The translations under genes were made by a program, and so were the position numbers. From positions 23,015 through 87,014 of the IMG/VR virus record IMGVR_UViG_3300013126_000016: a stretch of 64,000 nt of DNA, one strand, 5' to 3'. The notes beneath the pieces were generated by a model that saw nothing but the letters and a program-made list of their open reading frames with translations, had not been told where the DNA came from and did no database searches. Shown one piece after another: positions 1-9,064 of the stretch. The first letter of the stretch is position 1; each line of letters starts with the position of its first letter. This DNA comes from a virus.

Positions 1-69
1 GAGATAGAGGAAATAGAAGAGTTAATAAAGGAGATAGATTTCAAGAAGTTATTAAGTTTTTTGAGGTAG
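1..69 (+). CDS. 3' end of an upstream ORF (partial, ...EIEELIKEIDFKKLLSFLR*)
   Basis: Frame 1 is open from the window edge to TAG at 67-69; this TAG is part of the GC palindrome at 64-83. Confidence 0.45.
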   Translation, partial: EIEEIEELIKEIDFKKLLSFLR

Positions 70-83
70 CCGCGCGGCTACCT
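64..83. repeat. Dispersed GC palindrome, perfect 20-bp copy AGGTAGCCGCGCGGCTACCT
   Basis: Read directly; fully self-complementary. Followed by a T-rich tract, so it could also act as a terminator hairpin. Confidence 0.95.
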
Positions 84-123
84 TTATCTTATTTTTAGTT
101 CTATACTATCCATAAAACTATTT

Positions 124-840
124 ATGCCTCCTGATAACTTACTAGATTTCCTAGAATCTAAAGACAAAATCCAAACCATTCAATCCGATACCTCCAAGAT
201 TATCCGCAAGGAAAATAACATTACTACTGAAGAATATATCTCCCTCTTTATTAACCTTATTATTTTTGTTACTCTTGTTATTAAAGTTATTCAACCACTT
301 ACAGATATTCTTAAACCTTTAAAAATTAAATTAACTAAAAAATACTTTAAAGAAATAAACTTTATTGAAGACCTTTTAGAAGAATTACTATTACTCACTA
401 AAGCTGATAGAGTATGCGTGGGTGTATTTCATAATGGTCAAGTTTGGGGTCACTTTCATTTTATGAAAATGACTATAGCTTATGAAGCTTGTAAGTATGG
501 TATAACTTCTATAAAAAAGTTATATGCAAACGTTCCTCTAGAAAAGATAAAAAACCAACTACAGGTAGTAGAGGAGGATAAGTTTTCAATATTTAATAGG
601 GATGATGATTTAGAACCAGAGTGTATAAAATACCTAGACAGCCAAAACTTAAAAGGTACATTATCTAGGCTCATAACTAATAAAAAAGGGGAAGTAATCG
701 CTATATTAGAGGCTCAAAGACTCTATGATTATTTTGGTAGCGAAGACTTGTCTGATAGCCGTTTAGAGCCTACTTTCAATAGGCTAATACACAATCTTTC
801 TCTAATAAATGAAGGTAAAGAGTTACCTATAGATAATTAA
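124..840 (+). CDS. Membrane-anchored protein with GAF-like domain, possible holin
   Basis: One hydrophobic segment (YISLFINLIIFVTLVIKVI) followed by L..L..ADRV.V..FHNG, a GAF-like start. TM plus GAF is the T4 holin T architecture; the holin call is inference. Confidence 0.4.
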   Translation: MPPDNLLDFLESKDKIQTIQSDTSKIIRKENNITTEEYISLFINLIIFVTLVIKVIQPLTDILKPLKIKLTKKYFKEINFIEDLLEELLLLTKADRVCVGVFHNGQVWGHFHFMKMTIAYEACKYGITSIKKLYANVPLEKIKNQLQVVEEDKFSIFNRDDDLEPECIKYLDSQNLKGTLSRLITNKKGEVIAILEAQRLYDYFGSEDLSDSRLEPTFNRLIHNLSLINEGKELPIDN

Positions 841-873
841 AACAGTGGCAAACTAAGAAATTTAAGATATAAT

Positions 874-2118
874 ATGGATAGTAGATTTTGGATTGTAGTC
901 TTGAACCTGTTCTCCGGTATTATCTTAGCTCAACCTGAAGCCAGCCAATTGTATTTCTTAGCACGCGCTAAAGATACTAATGGTTCTGGTTGGTTGCGTT
1001 TAAGTATTAAATACTTAATGAACTTTTTCAATAAGTCCAAGAGTACGATATTGCGTTGGGCAAGGAACATATTTTATTTTTCTGATAATGAGGTGAGGGG
1101 AGACAGGATCTTCCTGAAATACAAAGCTATTAGGAAAGTAAAGAATGATAGTAAAGTACCGGCCCACGCAAAGTTTGCAGCTGAAAAAACTCTATTAGAA
1201 GATATAAATCAGCTAAAAGCTAAATGTTACGAAGCTGCTATTGAAAGACAACAACAGTCTTGTAAGAAAGCAGTTGACAAAGTAGTGAAATCTAGCAAGC
1301 AAACCTTTGAACCGACCCTAGAAAGCCTACAAAGCTCTAAAATTGCTAAAGGGTGTGAGTGGGTTGACGAGGCGGGGAAAAAAGCGTTTGTAAAGAGGCA
1401 CGTAGTACCGATTGGAGCGAGGCAAGATACAGTAGCTGAGAAAGTAGGAAGGTCGGCGCAAACACTGAGAAAGCACACTAAAACTATAAATAGAGTGCAT
1501 GTGTGGTGGAGGGTATATTACAGAAATCCTAAAGAGGGAATTCCTGAGCAGTATTACCAGTTCAACAAGAAAAAAGTTAGGAATGGTAAGAACTCTGTTG
1601 AAAAGAGGTTGTACAGGAGAATGCCTAATTATTATTTCTGTGATGTGTATGCATGTCCAGAAAAAACAAAAGAAGTGTTTGTGCCGATTAGTCCTACTGA
1701 ACAGTTAGATGAAAAGAGAAGTTTGATAAGAATGATAGTTTCTCAAATGCCGAAGCGCAGAAAGGTAGGCGTGCGCGGGGATTTATGTGAACCTAAAGTA
1801 CAAAAGAAATTCCTGGAAAAGCTATTAGAAGTTCCTAAAGAAAGGATTGACTTATTAGCTGTAGGATTTTTCATGTACGCAAGCGGGCAACCAGATAGCA
1901 AAGAAACAAAGGAAAGAATGCTAGGGATGTTGAAGCAGGTTTCTGTAGGAGATCTGATAGACAAAATTGGCAATACTCTTACTTTGCTCAAGAGCGGGAT
2001 AGATGAAAAGTTAGCTGATTATCTACTCTTGCTATTGAGAAGAGCGCTAAAGTCTGACTGGGTTATTCCACCATTATGGGAAACCTATAGAACGACTGGT
2101 TACTCATTACAGCAATAG
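874..2118 (+). CDS. Basic helix-turn-helix protein, possible replication initiator
   Basis: 414-aa ORF with two HTH-like segments (SIKYLMNFFNKSKSTILRWA; RQDTVAEKVGRSAQTLRKH), followed by an AT-rich palindromic intergenic region. TATAAT at 868-873 abuts the ATG, so the true start may be downstream. Confidence 0.4.
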   Translation: MDSRFWIVVLNLFSGIILAQPEASQLYFLARAKDTNGSGWLRLSIKYLMNFFNKSKSTILRWARNIFYFSDNEVRGDRIFLKYKAIRKVKNDSKVPAHAKFAAEKTLLEDINQLKAKCYEAAIERQQQSCKKAVDKVVKSSKQTFEPTLESLQSSKIAKGCEWVDEAGKKAFVKRHVVPIGARQDTVAEKVGRSAQTLRKHTKTINRVHVWWRVYYRNPKEGIPEQYYQFNKKKVRNGKNSVEKRLYRRMPNYYFCDVYACPEKTKEVFVPISPTEQLDEKRSLIRMIVSQMPKRRKVGVRGDLCEPKVQKKFLEKLLEVPKERIDLLAVGFFMYASGQPDSKETKERMLGMLKQVSVGDLIDKIGNTLTLLKSGIDEKLADYLLLLLRRALKSDWVIPPLWETYRTTGYSLQQ

Positions 2119-2190
2119 GACTAACAACATTCCCGGGCTGCTAGATTAAGCAATAATATCAATAGAAATTAGATCTTTAATAAGTTCTAA

Positions 2191-2226
2191 TAGATTTTTT
2201 TTGTTTAATTAAACAAAAAAAATCTA
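2191..2226. repeat. Perfect 36-bp AT-rich palindrome TAGA-T8-GTTTAATTAAAC-A8-TCTA
   Basis: Read directly; fully self-complementary with no spacer. Confidence 0.95.
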
Positions 2227-2326
2227 CAAATAAATATTTATATAAGAGGCTCAAAACCGCGCTTAAAGAGTTTTTTTAGATTTTAGAGAGCAAACTATAG
2301 TTTTATATTATTTTGTTTTTTTAGTT

Positions 2327-3784
2327 ATGAAAAGAGTAAAATATAAGCCTGCTTATAAAGTTAACGAACTGTTCGTTGGAGAAGGGACGGCAATAGTAAT
2401 TACAGGGTGGACACCAAAAGACAGAATAAAAAGGGAACTAGAAAAAGAAGGAATAAAGTATGCAGCAATAGGAAACTTATACTCCCCAAATTATGGACTA
2501 ACGTATTTAGCAGCTAATCTATTAGCTAATCCCTACGATTGGGATATTTGCCTATTAGGAGGTACAAGAGCCGATTTATTTAGCAATGGTATAGAAGCTG
2601 TAAAAGGGATGCTAGAAGGCAAAATAAAGGGGGATAGAGTATTTAACACAAAGGGAGAACAAGTAGGCAGAATAGATAATATATTTGAGGAAGAACAGAT
2701 AAAGTTATTACAAGAGAAGTTAGCCGCGCGGCTGACTTACCATACATCTATAAAAGATTTAATAAAATACTTAAAAGAGATTAATAAAGATAAGAGAGAA
2801 TTAGAGCAATATGCAGAACCTATAATAAAAGAGATACCTATAATAAAGAGTAAAACCAGGTCAGGCAATACTAACAGTCCTAGAATAGAAGGAAAGACTG
2901 TAGAAGAGGTGTGGATAAAGATATTACATCTTATAAGAACAAATGGTCTATTAACTAATTCTCAATATGGTCAAAGGCAAGAGATAATAAGTTTAAGTGT
3001 TACTATAACAGAACAACCAAAACTTGATTGTCTAGAAATAAAAGAGTGGATGCCTATATCCTATGATTCTTTAAAAGAGTATATACCAAGTTTTTGTTAC
3101 AGTAAGCATAGTGAAGAGACTGAGTATACTTACAGCAATCGTATAAGAAACTTAGAAGGGGTAGACCAAATAGAAAGAATAGTAGATAAATTAATAGCAG
3201 ACCCCAATTCAACTCAATTATATATAAGTTTATGGGATACTTATAAAGACATTTACAATAGTAACCCACCTTGTTTAGTGAGTATATGGGTAAGGTTAAT
3301 AGATAATAAGTTATTACTAGAAGGGAGTTTCAGGTCACAAGATATGTTTACAGCGTACATACCAAACGTTGTAGGGTTAAGAGAGATTCAAAGTATTCTA
3401 GTAAATAAAATAATAGACAAAGGATTATTAGTAGAAGAAGGTGTATTAATAACAAATTCAAAGTCAGCACATTTATACGAGAATGCTTTTAGAGAAGCTG
3501 ACGAGATAATAAGTAAGGAATATAAATATAAGAAAGTGTTAGAACCAAAGGATAGAGTAGGAAATTTTGTGATAGAAGTAGAGGAGCGCGGGGCTACCTT
3601 ACTAAAAATAAAACAACTAACGCCTACAGGAATCCCTATTTCTTTGTATGAAGGAGAAGAACCCTTTAAGTTACTAGTGGAAATAATAAACCAAAATCCC
3701 ACTATAGAAAAACAACATATAGCTTACTTAGGTACAGAACTACAAAAAGCTACTTTATTAAAAAATCAGTACAAGCAAGGTTGA
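2327..3784 (+). CDS. thyA: Thymidylate synthase, cyanobacterial three-domain type (MtrA-like N-terminus, ThyA core, DUF4346-like C-terminus)
   Basis: Catalytic PPCL; FRSQDMF..YIPN with Asn at the dUMP-specificity position; SAHLYE. N-terminal IGNLYSP..GL...ANLLANP and C-terminal HIAYLGTELQKA..Y.Q. Confidence 0.85.
   Translation: MKRVKYKPAYKVNELFVGEGTAIVITGWTPKDRIKRELEKEGIKYAAIGNLYSPNYGLTYLAANLLANPYDWDICLLGGTRADLFSNGIEAVKGMLEGKIKGDRVFNTKGEQVGRIDNIFEEEQIKLLQEKLAARLTYHTSIKDLIKYLKEINKDKRELEQYAEPIIKEIPIIKSKTRSGNTNSPRIEGKTVEEVWIKILHLIRTNGLLTNSQYGQRQEIISLSVTITEQPKLDCLEIKEWMPISYDSLKEYIPSFCYSKHSEETEYTYSNRIRNLEGVDQIERIVDKLIADPNSTQLYISLWDTYKDIYNSNPPCLVSIWVRLIDNKLLLEGSFRSQDMFTAYIPNVVGLREIQSILVNKIIDKGLLVEEGVLITNSKSAHLYENAFREADEIISKEYKYKKVLEPKDRVGNFVIEVEERGATLLKIKQLTPTGIPISLYEGEEPFKLLVEIINQNPTIEKQHIAYLGTELQKATLLKNQYKQG
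2717..2738. repeat. Dispersed GC palindrome copy AAGTTAGCCGCGCGGCTGACTT inside thyA
   Basis: Exact core AGCCGCGCGGCT at 2722-2733; 22 bp with one mismatch; read in frame as KLAARLT. Confidence 0.9.
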
Positions 3785-3808
3785 CAAAGCATAGAAAAAA
3801 AGTAGAGT
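3781..3808 (+). promoter_or_regulatory. Candidate sigma70-type promoter upstream of primase
   Basis: TTGACA (3781-3786), 16-bp spacer, TAGAGT (3803-3808), at the start of a 220-bp intergenic gap. Confidence 0.45.
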
Positions 3809-4006
3809 ATATAAATCTCAAGGTTAATCATCTGCCAAGTTACTCCGAGTAAACTCAACCTGCCAATTTTCATATATCAGAAAACTAAAATGTACAAGAG
3901 CTGTGCTGAAAAGCGCGGCTCTTTTCTTAATAATTTTCTTAAAGTCCATCTACTAAGGATTAAGTTTTTAAAAGCTACTATATCCACTTCACTATAATGT
4001 ACTTTT

Positions 4007-5227
4007 ATGGAAATACAACAGTTAAAAGAATGCTTAAGAATAAGTAAAGTATCAGAGATATTTGAGATAGGAATAACAAATAAGGAGACAAACCAAAGGT
4101 GTCCTTTTTGTGGAGGAAGTAATTCGTTAAAAGTATATAGTGACGTATGGTTTAAGTGTTTTAAATGTGGGAGTAGAGGAGATATAATAAACTTATTGCA
4201 AGTGGCAGGTAAGGCTAATAGTTTCCGGGAGGCTGTGTTAAAATTAAGTAATTTAGTAGACACAACGAAAGAAACTAGAGAATACCGAATAAGATTAACA
4301 GGTATGGAAGCCACTTACAAAAGTTATAGAACTCATAAGAAGAGGAAACAAGGTGCAGAGTATTTAGAGAGTAGAGGATGGAAAAAGGCAATAGATAGAG
4401 GAGATTACGGATATTCTGACGCTCCAGATTTGTTGCAAAGTAAGGGACATACAAAAGAGGAGTTAGAAAATCTAGGGTTAATGTTGACTAAAGAAAGGGA
4501 GCTATATGATAATCATGTAGTATTTCCGGTCAGGACTGCAAATGGAAAGTTAGTGCATGTACAGGGAAGGAATACCGACCCGGCGGCTAACTTAAGATGG
4601 TTAGCAGATAAAGGACAACCCCCTATAAACAACTACTTATACAACCTAGAAAATCTAAATAAGTCCACTAACTACGTTGTTATAGTAGAAGGTATTTCTG
4701 ACGCATTAAGTCTTTTAGAACTAGACGAGCCAACAGTAGGTACTTTTGGAATTAACTTTTCTCTTCTTAGACACATTCCCTCTTTTAAGAATTTAACTCA
4801 TATATTAGCTATCTTTGATAGAGACAAGTATAGTATAGGTACGCCTTTACAAGGAAGATATAAAAGCTGGACACAAGTAGTGCCCGAGTTATGTAAACTT
4901 AGTATTGAGTTAAAGATACCGATATACACTTGGATGGTACCAGACATAAGTGGAGTTAAAGATTTAAATGATTTACTGATAGAAGTAGATTATGACGAAG
5001 GGGCATACAAAGATTTATTAGTAAAAACAGTAATGCCTCTAGAAAGAATGTGCTTAGAAATTATACAAATAACAGAGGATAAAGAACTTTATTGGTTATT
5101 GTGGGAACTTCATAGAGAACTAAAAAATACAAAAGAAGAAAAACTTTTAGAAGATCATGTTAATACAAAATATGGTTCTCTAAAAGAACACTTTAAATGG
5201 ATTGTTAGTTCATCTATGGAGTTTTAA
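4007..5227 (+). CDS. dnaG: DnaG-type DNA primase (zinc finger plus TOPRIM)
   Basis: CPFC...FKCFKCG.RGDII zinc-binding domain; YLESRG; VFPV; VIVEGISDALSL; IFDRD; KDLND. Confidence 0.9.
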   Translation: MEIQQLKECLRISKVSEIFEIGITNKETNQRCPFCGGSNSLKVYSDVWFKCFKCGSRGDIINLLQVAGKANSFREAVLKLSNLVDTTKETREYRIRLTGMEATYKSYRTHKKRKQGAEYLESRGWKKAIDRGDYGYSDAPDLLQSKGHTKEELENLGLMLTKERELYDNHVVFPVRTANGKLVHVQGRNTDPAANLRWLADKGQPPINNYLYNLENLNKSTNYVVIVEGISDALSLLELDEPTVGTFGINFSLLRHIPSFKNLTHILAIFDRDKYSIGTPLQGRYKSWTQVVPELCKLSIELKIPIYTWMVPDISGVKDLNDLLIEVDYDEGAYKDLLVKTVMPLERMCLEIIQITEDKELYWLLWELHRELKNTKEEKLLEDHVNTKYGSLKEHFKWIVSSSMEF

Positions 5228-5229
5228 AT

Positions 5230-6042
5230 ATGGAGTGTAATAGAGTTAGTTTTTATGTAGGTATAACTTCTAACAGAAACATAGTATGTGGTTGTGTAGT
5301 AATAGTAGTAAAATGGATGGATGAAGAAGAGATAATTGTAGTGTTTCCAGACGAAATAAATAGTAGAGGCTGGAATAGGGTAATTCTACCTAAGATAGAG
5401 TATGTAGTAGCTAGAGAGCAAAGGAGGTTAAAATTAAAAGACAAAGAAATAGAAATAGTAATACCAAACATTTACATTTCTTATAGTTCTATTTATAGAA
5501 CAAGGTATAGCAGATTTAATAGTATAACAAAGGAAGCAGATAAACTAGCAGAACAAAAACGCCTATGGTTACTAGACACAGTTTACGCTGATTCTTACCC
5601 TATATATAAGTTAAGGGATAATCTAGGCAAACTGGATATAGATCTTGCACTGACTATCTTAGATAAAGGAATAACTAGCATATTTATAGTTAAAAGGTTA
5701 TCTAAAATAGGATTTTACTATGAAGAAGCATTAAAAAGATTAGACAAAAGGGTATTATTTACAGACTATACAGGTAGTAACACACCTGCATGGTGGTTAG
5801 AAGAATTTGAAGGAAGAAGATTTTGTAACGATACAGGAGTAATAGAAGGGGGATATTTACCAATAAGATTTAGAAGATGGGCAAGGAACATGGGAATAAA
5901 GATATTAGGAATAAAAAAGGAGAAGTATAGTAATCCAGAGTCAATAGAAGAAGAGCACTTATTAACACAAGGAGAAAGGTATGAACAAAGAAGAAGAAAA
6001 AGAAGGAAAAGAAGAGCAGCAGAAAGAGGAAGTAGAAGATAG
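5230..6042 (+). CDS. Hypothetical protein, possibly a degenerate RNase HII fold
   Basis: AEQKR..LD..YPIY.L.DNLG echoes the RNase HII motif AKV.RD..YP.Y.F..NKGY. The N-terminal strand pattern is similar but lacks the catalytic DE. Confidence 0.4.
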   Translation: MECNRVSFYVGITSNRNIVCGCVVIVVKWMDEEEIIVVFPDEINSRGWNRVILPKIEYVVAREQRRLKLKDKEIEIVIPNIYISYSSIYRTRYSRFNSITKEADKLAEQKRLWLLDTVYADSYPIYKLRDNLGKLDIDLALTILDKGITSIFIVKRLSKIGFYYEEALKRLDKRVLFTDYTGSNTPAWWLEEFEGRRFCNDTGVIEGGYLPIRFRRWARNMGIKILGIKKEKYSNPESIEEEHLLTQGERYEQRRRKRRKRRAAERGSRR

Positions 6043-6056
6043 CGGCGCGGCTACCT
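6040..6056. repeat. Dispersed GC palindrome copy TAGCGGCGCGGCTACCT (one mismatch)
   Basis: Read directly; it begins on the TAG stop codon of ORF 5230..6042. Confidence 0.85.
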
Positions 6057-6089
6057 ACTTACTATATTTTATTTCAAGCAACATTAACT

Positions 6090-6503
6090 ATGGCACTTTC
6101 TAAATTACAAAAAAACACTTACCAATTCCAAGCTCTGTTAAATAAACACTCAGGCTCTACTCTAGAAAAACTATTAAAAGTAGATTTATATAGTTGTTTA
6201 CTCTTGTCAGACCAATTAAAAGTAAACAGGAACTATTCTACAGACTGGTTTTACCAAGTTATGATGACAACATTTGACTATTATCTTATACTAGTACCGG
6301 AGTTAGAAAAAGACTTGAAAGTAGTAAAAGAGAATAGAGTAGAAAATGAGAGTGACTGGGAATTAATAATAAAAAGTCATCTTAAAAGATATAAAGCAGA
6401 AGTAATGACAAATTTAAAGTATTCTGATTATTATGAGGAGACTATAGCTTACCTCAAATTACGTCAGGAACTAAGAATATGTTTACAGAACAGAATCAAA
6501 TAA
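6090..6503 (+). CDS. Hypothetical protein
   Basis: 137-aa ORF in a tightly packed run of same-strand genes; no motif recognised. Confidence 0.7.
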   Translation: MALSKLQKNTYQFQALLNKHSGSTLEKLLKVDLYSCLLLSDQLKVNRNYSTDWFYQVMMTTFDYYLILVPELEKDLKVVKENRVENESDWELIIKSHLKRYKAEVMTNLKYSDYYEETIAYLKLRQELRICLQNRIK

Positions 6504-7102
6504 TTAAAGCTGGAGAACTTCTACCTGGTATGAGCGCTATTAGCCAAGAGCCTGTTTGGTTAATAGCTTTAGACCAAGCCTTAGAAAACACGGGTATTGC
6601 TATACTATCTACAGGTAAAGGTATAATCTACACAAGTGTTTTAAAGACTAACAAGAATCATATAATAGAAAATAGACTAGCTTATATTGACAGAGTAATA
6701 GAAGAATTAATAAGGGAGTTAGACCCAATAGATATAGCAATGGAGGAGGTGTATCCTGGATTAGCGGGGAGAACAGTAAGTATTTTGTCACAAGTTTACT
6801 GTACGATAACAAATATATGTCACAGAGTAGATAAGAAGTTTAAAATATACAGTTCATCTAAATTAAGAAGAGGGAGTTGGGTAAAGAAACTAGATTTAGA
6901 AGGGACAAAAGCGTATTGTAGGAAATGGTTAGTAGAAGATTTAGGAGAGGAGCAGATAAAAGACTTAGAGGATCATGAGACTGACGCAATAGGTATTTTA
7001 TGGGCTATGGCACTAGACAAAGGAGCAAGAAAGGATAATATTAAATATATGAACATCCAAAAAACTCCATTTGACCAATTAAAATTACTAAGAAAACTAT
7101 GA
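6479..7102 (+). CDS. ruvC: RuvC-like Holliday junction resolvase
   Basis: LIALDQALENTGIA, ENRL..I...I, PIDIAMEE and DHETDAIGI give the RuvC acidic residues in the expected order. Confidence 0.85.
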   Translation: MFTEQNQIIKAGELLPGMSAISQEPVWLIALDQALENTGIAILSTGKGIIYTSVLKTNKNHIIENRLAYIDRVIEELIRELDPIDIAMEEVYPGLAGRTVSILSQVYCTITNICHRVDKKFKIYSSSKLRRGSWVKKLDLEGTKAYCRKWLVEDLGEEQIKDLEDHETDAIGILWAMALDKGARKDNIKYMNIQKTPFDQLKLLRKL

Positions 7103-8232
7103 CCCGTAACTTTTCCTTACCCACAACATCTTATACAAGATTAAGTAGTTATCCTAAATGCCCTACAAAGTACAATAACACGTATGAAAACAAGATTACA
7201 ACGAATTTAGTAGAGAGTATAGAAGAGAGTTTAATAACAGGAACTTTAACGCACTTACTACTAGAAGAGTATCTAAAAGAGGGAGTATTAGGAGATAAAG
7301 CAAAAGATTTAGTAGTAGATCTAGTAGTAGATAAGTGGTTAAGGGAAAGTTGTAAATTGGAAGCGCAAGTAAACAATGACGAGTTTATAGCAGCAGAGTT
7401 AGACGTAATAGGGATAAGAAAGTATATAAAAGAGATAGGGAAGATATATAGGAAATGCGCGGCTAATTATATAAAAGAAGATGCTATAAGGAACACAGAC
7501 ATGTCTGTGCCAAAGGATCCAATAAAGTATCCGCCAACAGTCTTAAAAAAAGAGATTAATTCTAGTGGATTAAATAATCTAGGTTTAGGAATAAATAATA
7601 GTGCAGCAATAATAAACCCACAATTTAGGAGAATAGTTTTAACAGAAGTATTAGGAAAAGCAGGATTATACTTTTATAGTTTTGAAGTACCGCAATGGGT
7701 TAAGAAAACGTTAGCAGTGGAATTAAGGTTTGATGATTATAATTTAGAGTGGAAAAATAAAATATGGCTAGGAGGTATAGACTGGGTATTTGAAACTGTT
7801 AGTGGGGAAATAGTAATATGCGATCATAAAACAGAAAAAGAAAAGACTTCGGAATTAGATGCACAGTATCACCCTCAATTAAACTTATATGTAAACCTTT
7901 ATTATTCTATAACAAAGGTAATAGCTGACTATGTAGCTATAAATCACTTACCTAGTGGAAATATAGTGTTAGCAAAAGTAGATGCGAGTATAGTGTATAG
8001 AATAGTAAAAGGATTAGAAGATATAGAAGATGCGATACAGGAGAGTATAAGGACAGGAAAGTGGAGAAAAGCTCTAGCGCCATTAGAATATAATTCGCCG
8101 TGTTTAACAAGAGACTGGCAGACTAAAAAACTGTCAAGAGTATGTAAATATTTTAGACATTGCTGGCCTAATTACAGTGAAGAAATAGCAATAGAAATAA
8201 AGAATTTTGAGATAGAAGGAAGAGAGGAGTAA
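7099..8232 (+). CDS. PD-(D/E)XK exonuclease, RecB/Cas4-like
   Basis: SYTRLS.Y..CP, GTLTH..LE, GGIDWV, ICDHKT, QLNLY and C-terminal C...C.YFRHC, consistent with an Fe-S staple. Confidence 0.85.
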   Translation: MTRNFSLPTTSYTRLSSYPKCPTKYNNTYENKITTNLVESIEESLITGTLTHLLLEEYLKEGVLGDKAKDLVVDLVVDKWLRESCKLEAQVNNDEFIAAELDVIGIRKYIKEIGKIYRKCAANYIKEDAIRNTDMSVPKDPIKYPPTVLKKEINSSGLNNLGLGINNSAAIINPQFRRIVLTEVLGKAGLYFYSFEVPQWVKKTLAVELRFDDYNLEWKNKIWLGGIDWVFETVSGEIVICDHKTEKEKTSELDAQYHPQLNLYVNLYYSITKVIADYVAINHLPSGNIVLAKVDASIVYRIVKGLEDIEDAIQESIRTGKWRKALAPLEYNSPCLTRDWQTKKLSRVCKYFRHCWPNYSEEIAIEIKNFEIEGREE

Positions 8233-8236
8233 AAGA

Positions 8237-9064
8237 ATGAGTTTACCAGAAAGGGAAGCGTCAAACAAAGCAGCAGCTTCCTACATAAGTAAAAGGACTG
8301 GGTTTACTAGAGAAGAAATTATAAAAGTATTAGTTTTATACCAGGAATACTTAGTAGTTAGATTACTAAAACACGAAAAAGTTATAATACCAAACGTATT
8401 AACTCTTTATACTAGATTAAGATTAGGAGAATATAGTATAGTACCCTGTGTAGCAGAAAGATTAAAAGAATGGTACAGAAAGAAAGTTAGAGGAGAAATA
8501 CTGTTAATAGAATCAGAAGAGGAAAAAAAGGAGTTAATTTATAATAAAGAGAAAAGCATAAAATACAGAGAGTTAGCCAGTAAATACATATCGAACATAA
8601 GAAATGCTGGATTTGAAAGAGAAGTATGGAGTAATTATAGTAGAGGGGACATATCCTTTTTAAGTTTCTTAAGATATTTGCAGCAAGATTTTCCTTATAG
8701 AAGAGATTGGTATGACGAATGTAGTAACGAGTCTATAAAACATATATACATCAAAAAGATACTAGAATTATATAAAAAAAAGTATCCCAAGCATTTTTTG
8801 TACTTAGAGTATTTATGGTTAGGTGTAGGGAGAAGAAAAAGTTTAATGTTAAGGAATAAGATATTAGCAGGGGAGTTGTTATTAAACTGGGAAATAATAG
8901 TAGACATTGTAGTGTTAATAATAAGGTTTCCAGAATTTTGTCCTGAGTTTATAAGGGAGCTAGTAACAGAGTTTAAAAAGTTTAGAATAGAAGAGCAGGA
9001 AAGAAATGGATTACTATCAAGAGCACGAATACACCCCTCCGTTATTGAACCTAGAAAAAAGTGA
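8237..9064 (+). CDS. Protein with N-terminal HU/IHF-like DNA-binding domain
   Basis: ISKRTGFTREEIIKVL.......L.KHEKVIIPNVLTL resembles the HU helices and first strands; the C-terminal part is unrecognised. Confidence 0.55.
   Translation: MSLPEREASNKAAASYISKRTGFTREEIIKVLVLYQEYLVVRLLKHEKVIIPNVLTLYTRLRLGEYSIVPCVAERLKEWYRKKVRGEILLIESEEEKKELIYNKEKSIKYRELASKYISNIRNAGFEREVWSNYSRGDISFLSFLRYLQQDFPYRRDWYDECSNESIKHIYIKKILELYKKKYPKHFLYLEYLWLGVGRRKSLMLRNKILAGELLLNWEIIVDIVVLIIRFPEFCPEFIRELVTEFKKFRIEEQERNGLLSRARIHPSVIEPRKK

Noticed and set aside
7099-8232. Cas4 as part of a CRISPR-Cas locus
   Set aside because: No other cas genes or array; stand-alone PD-(D/E)XK exonucleases are common in phages.
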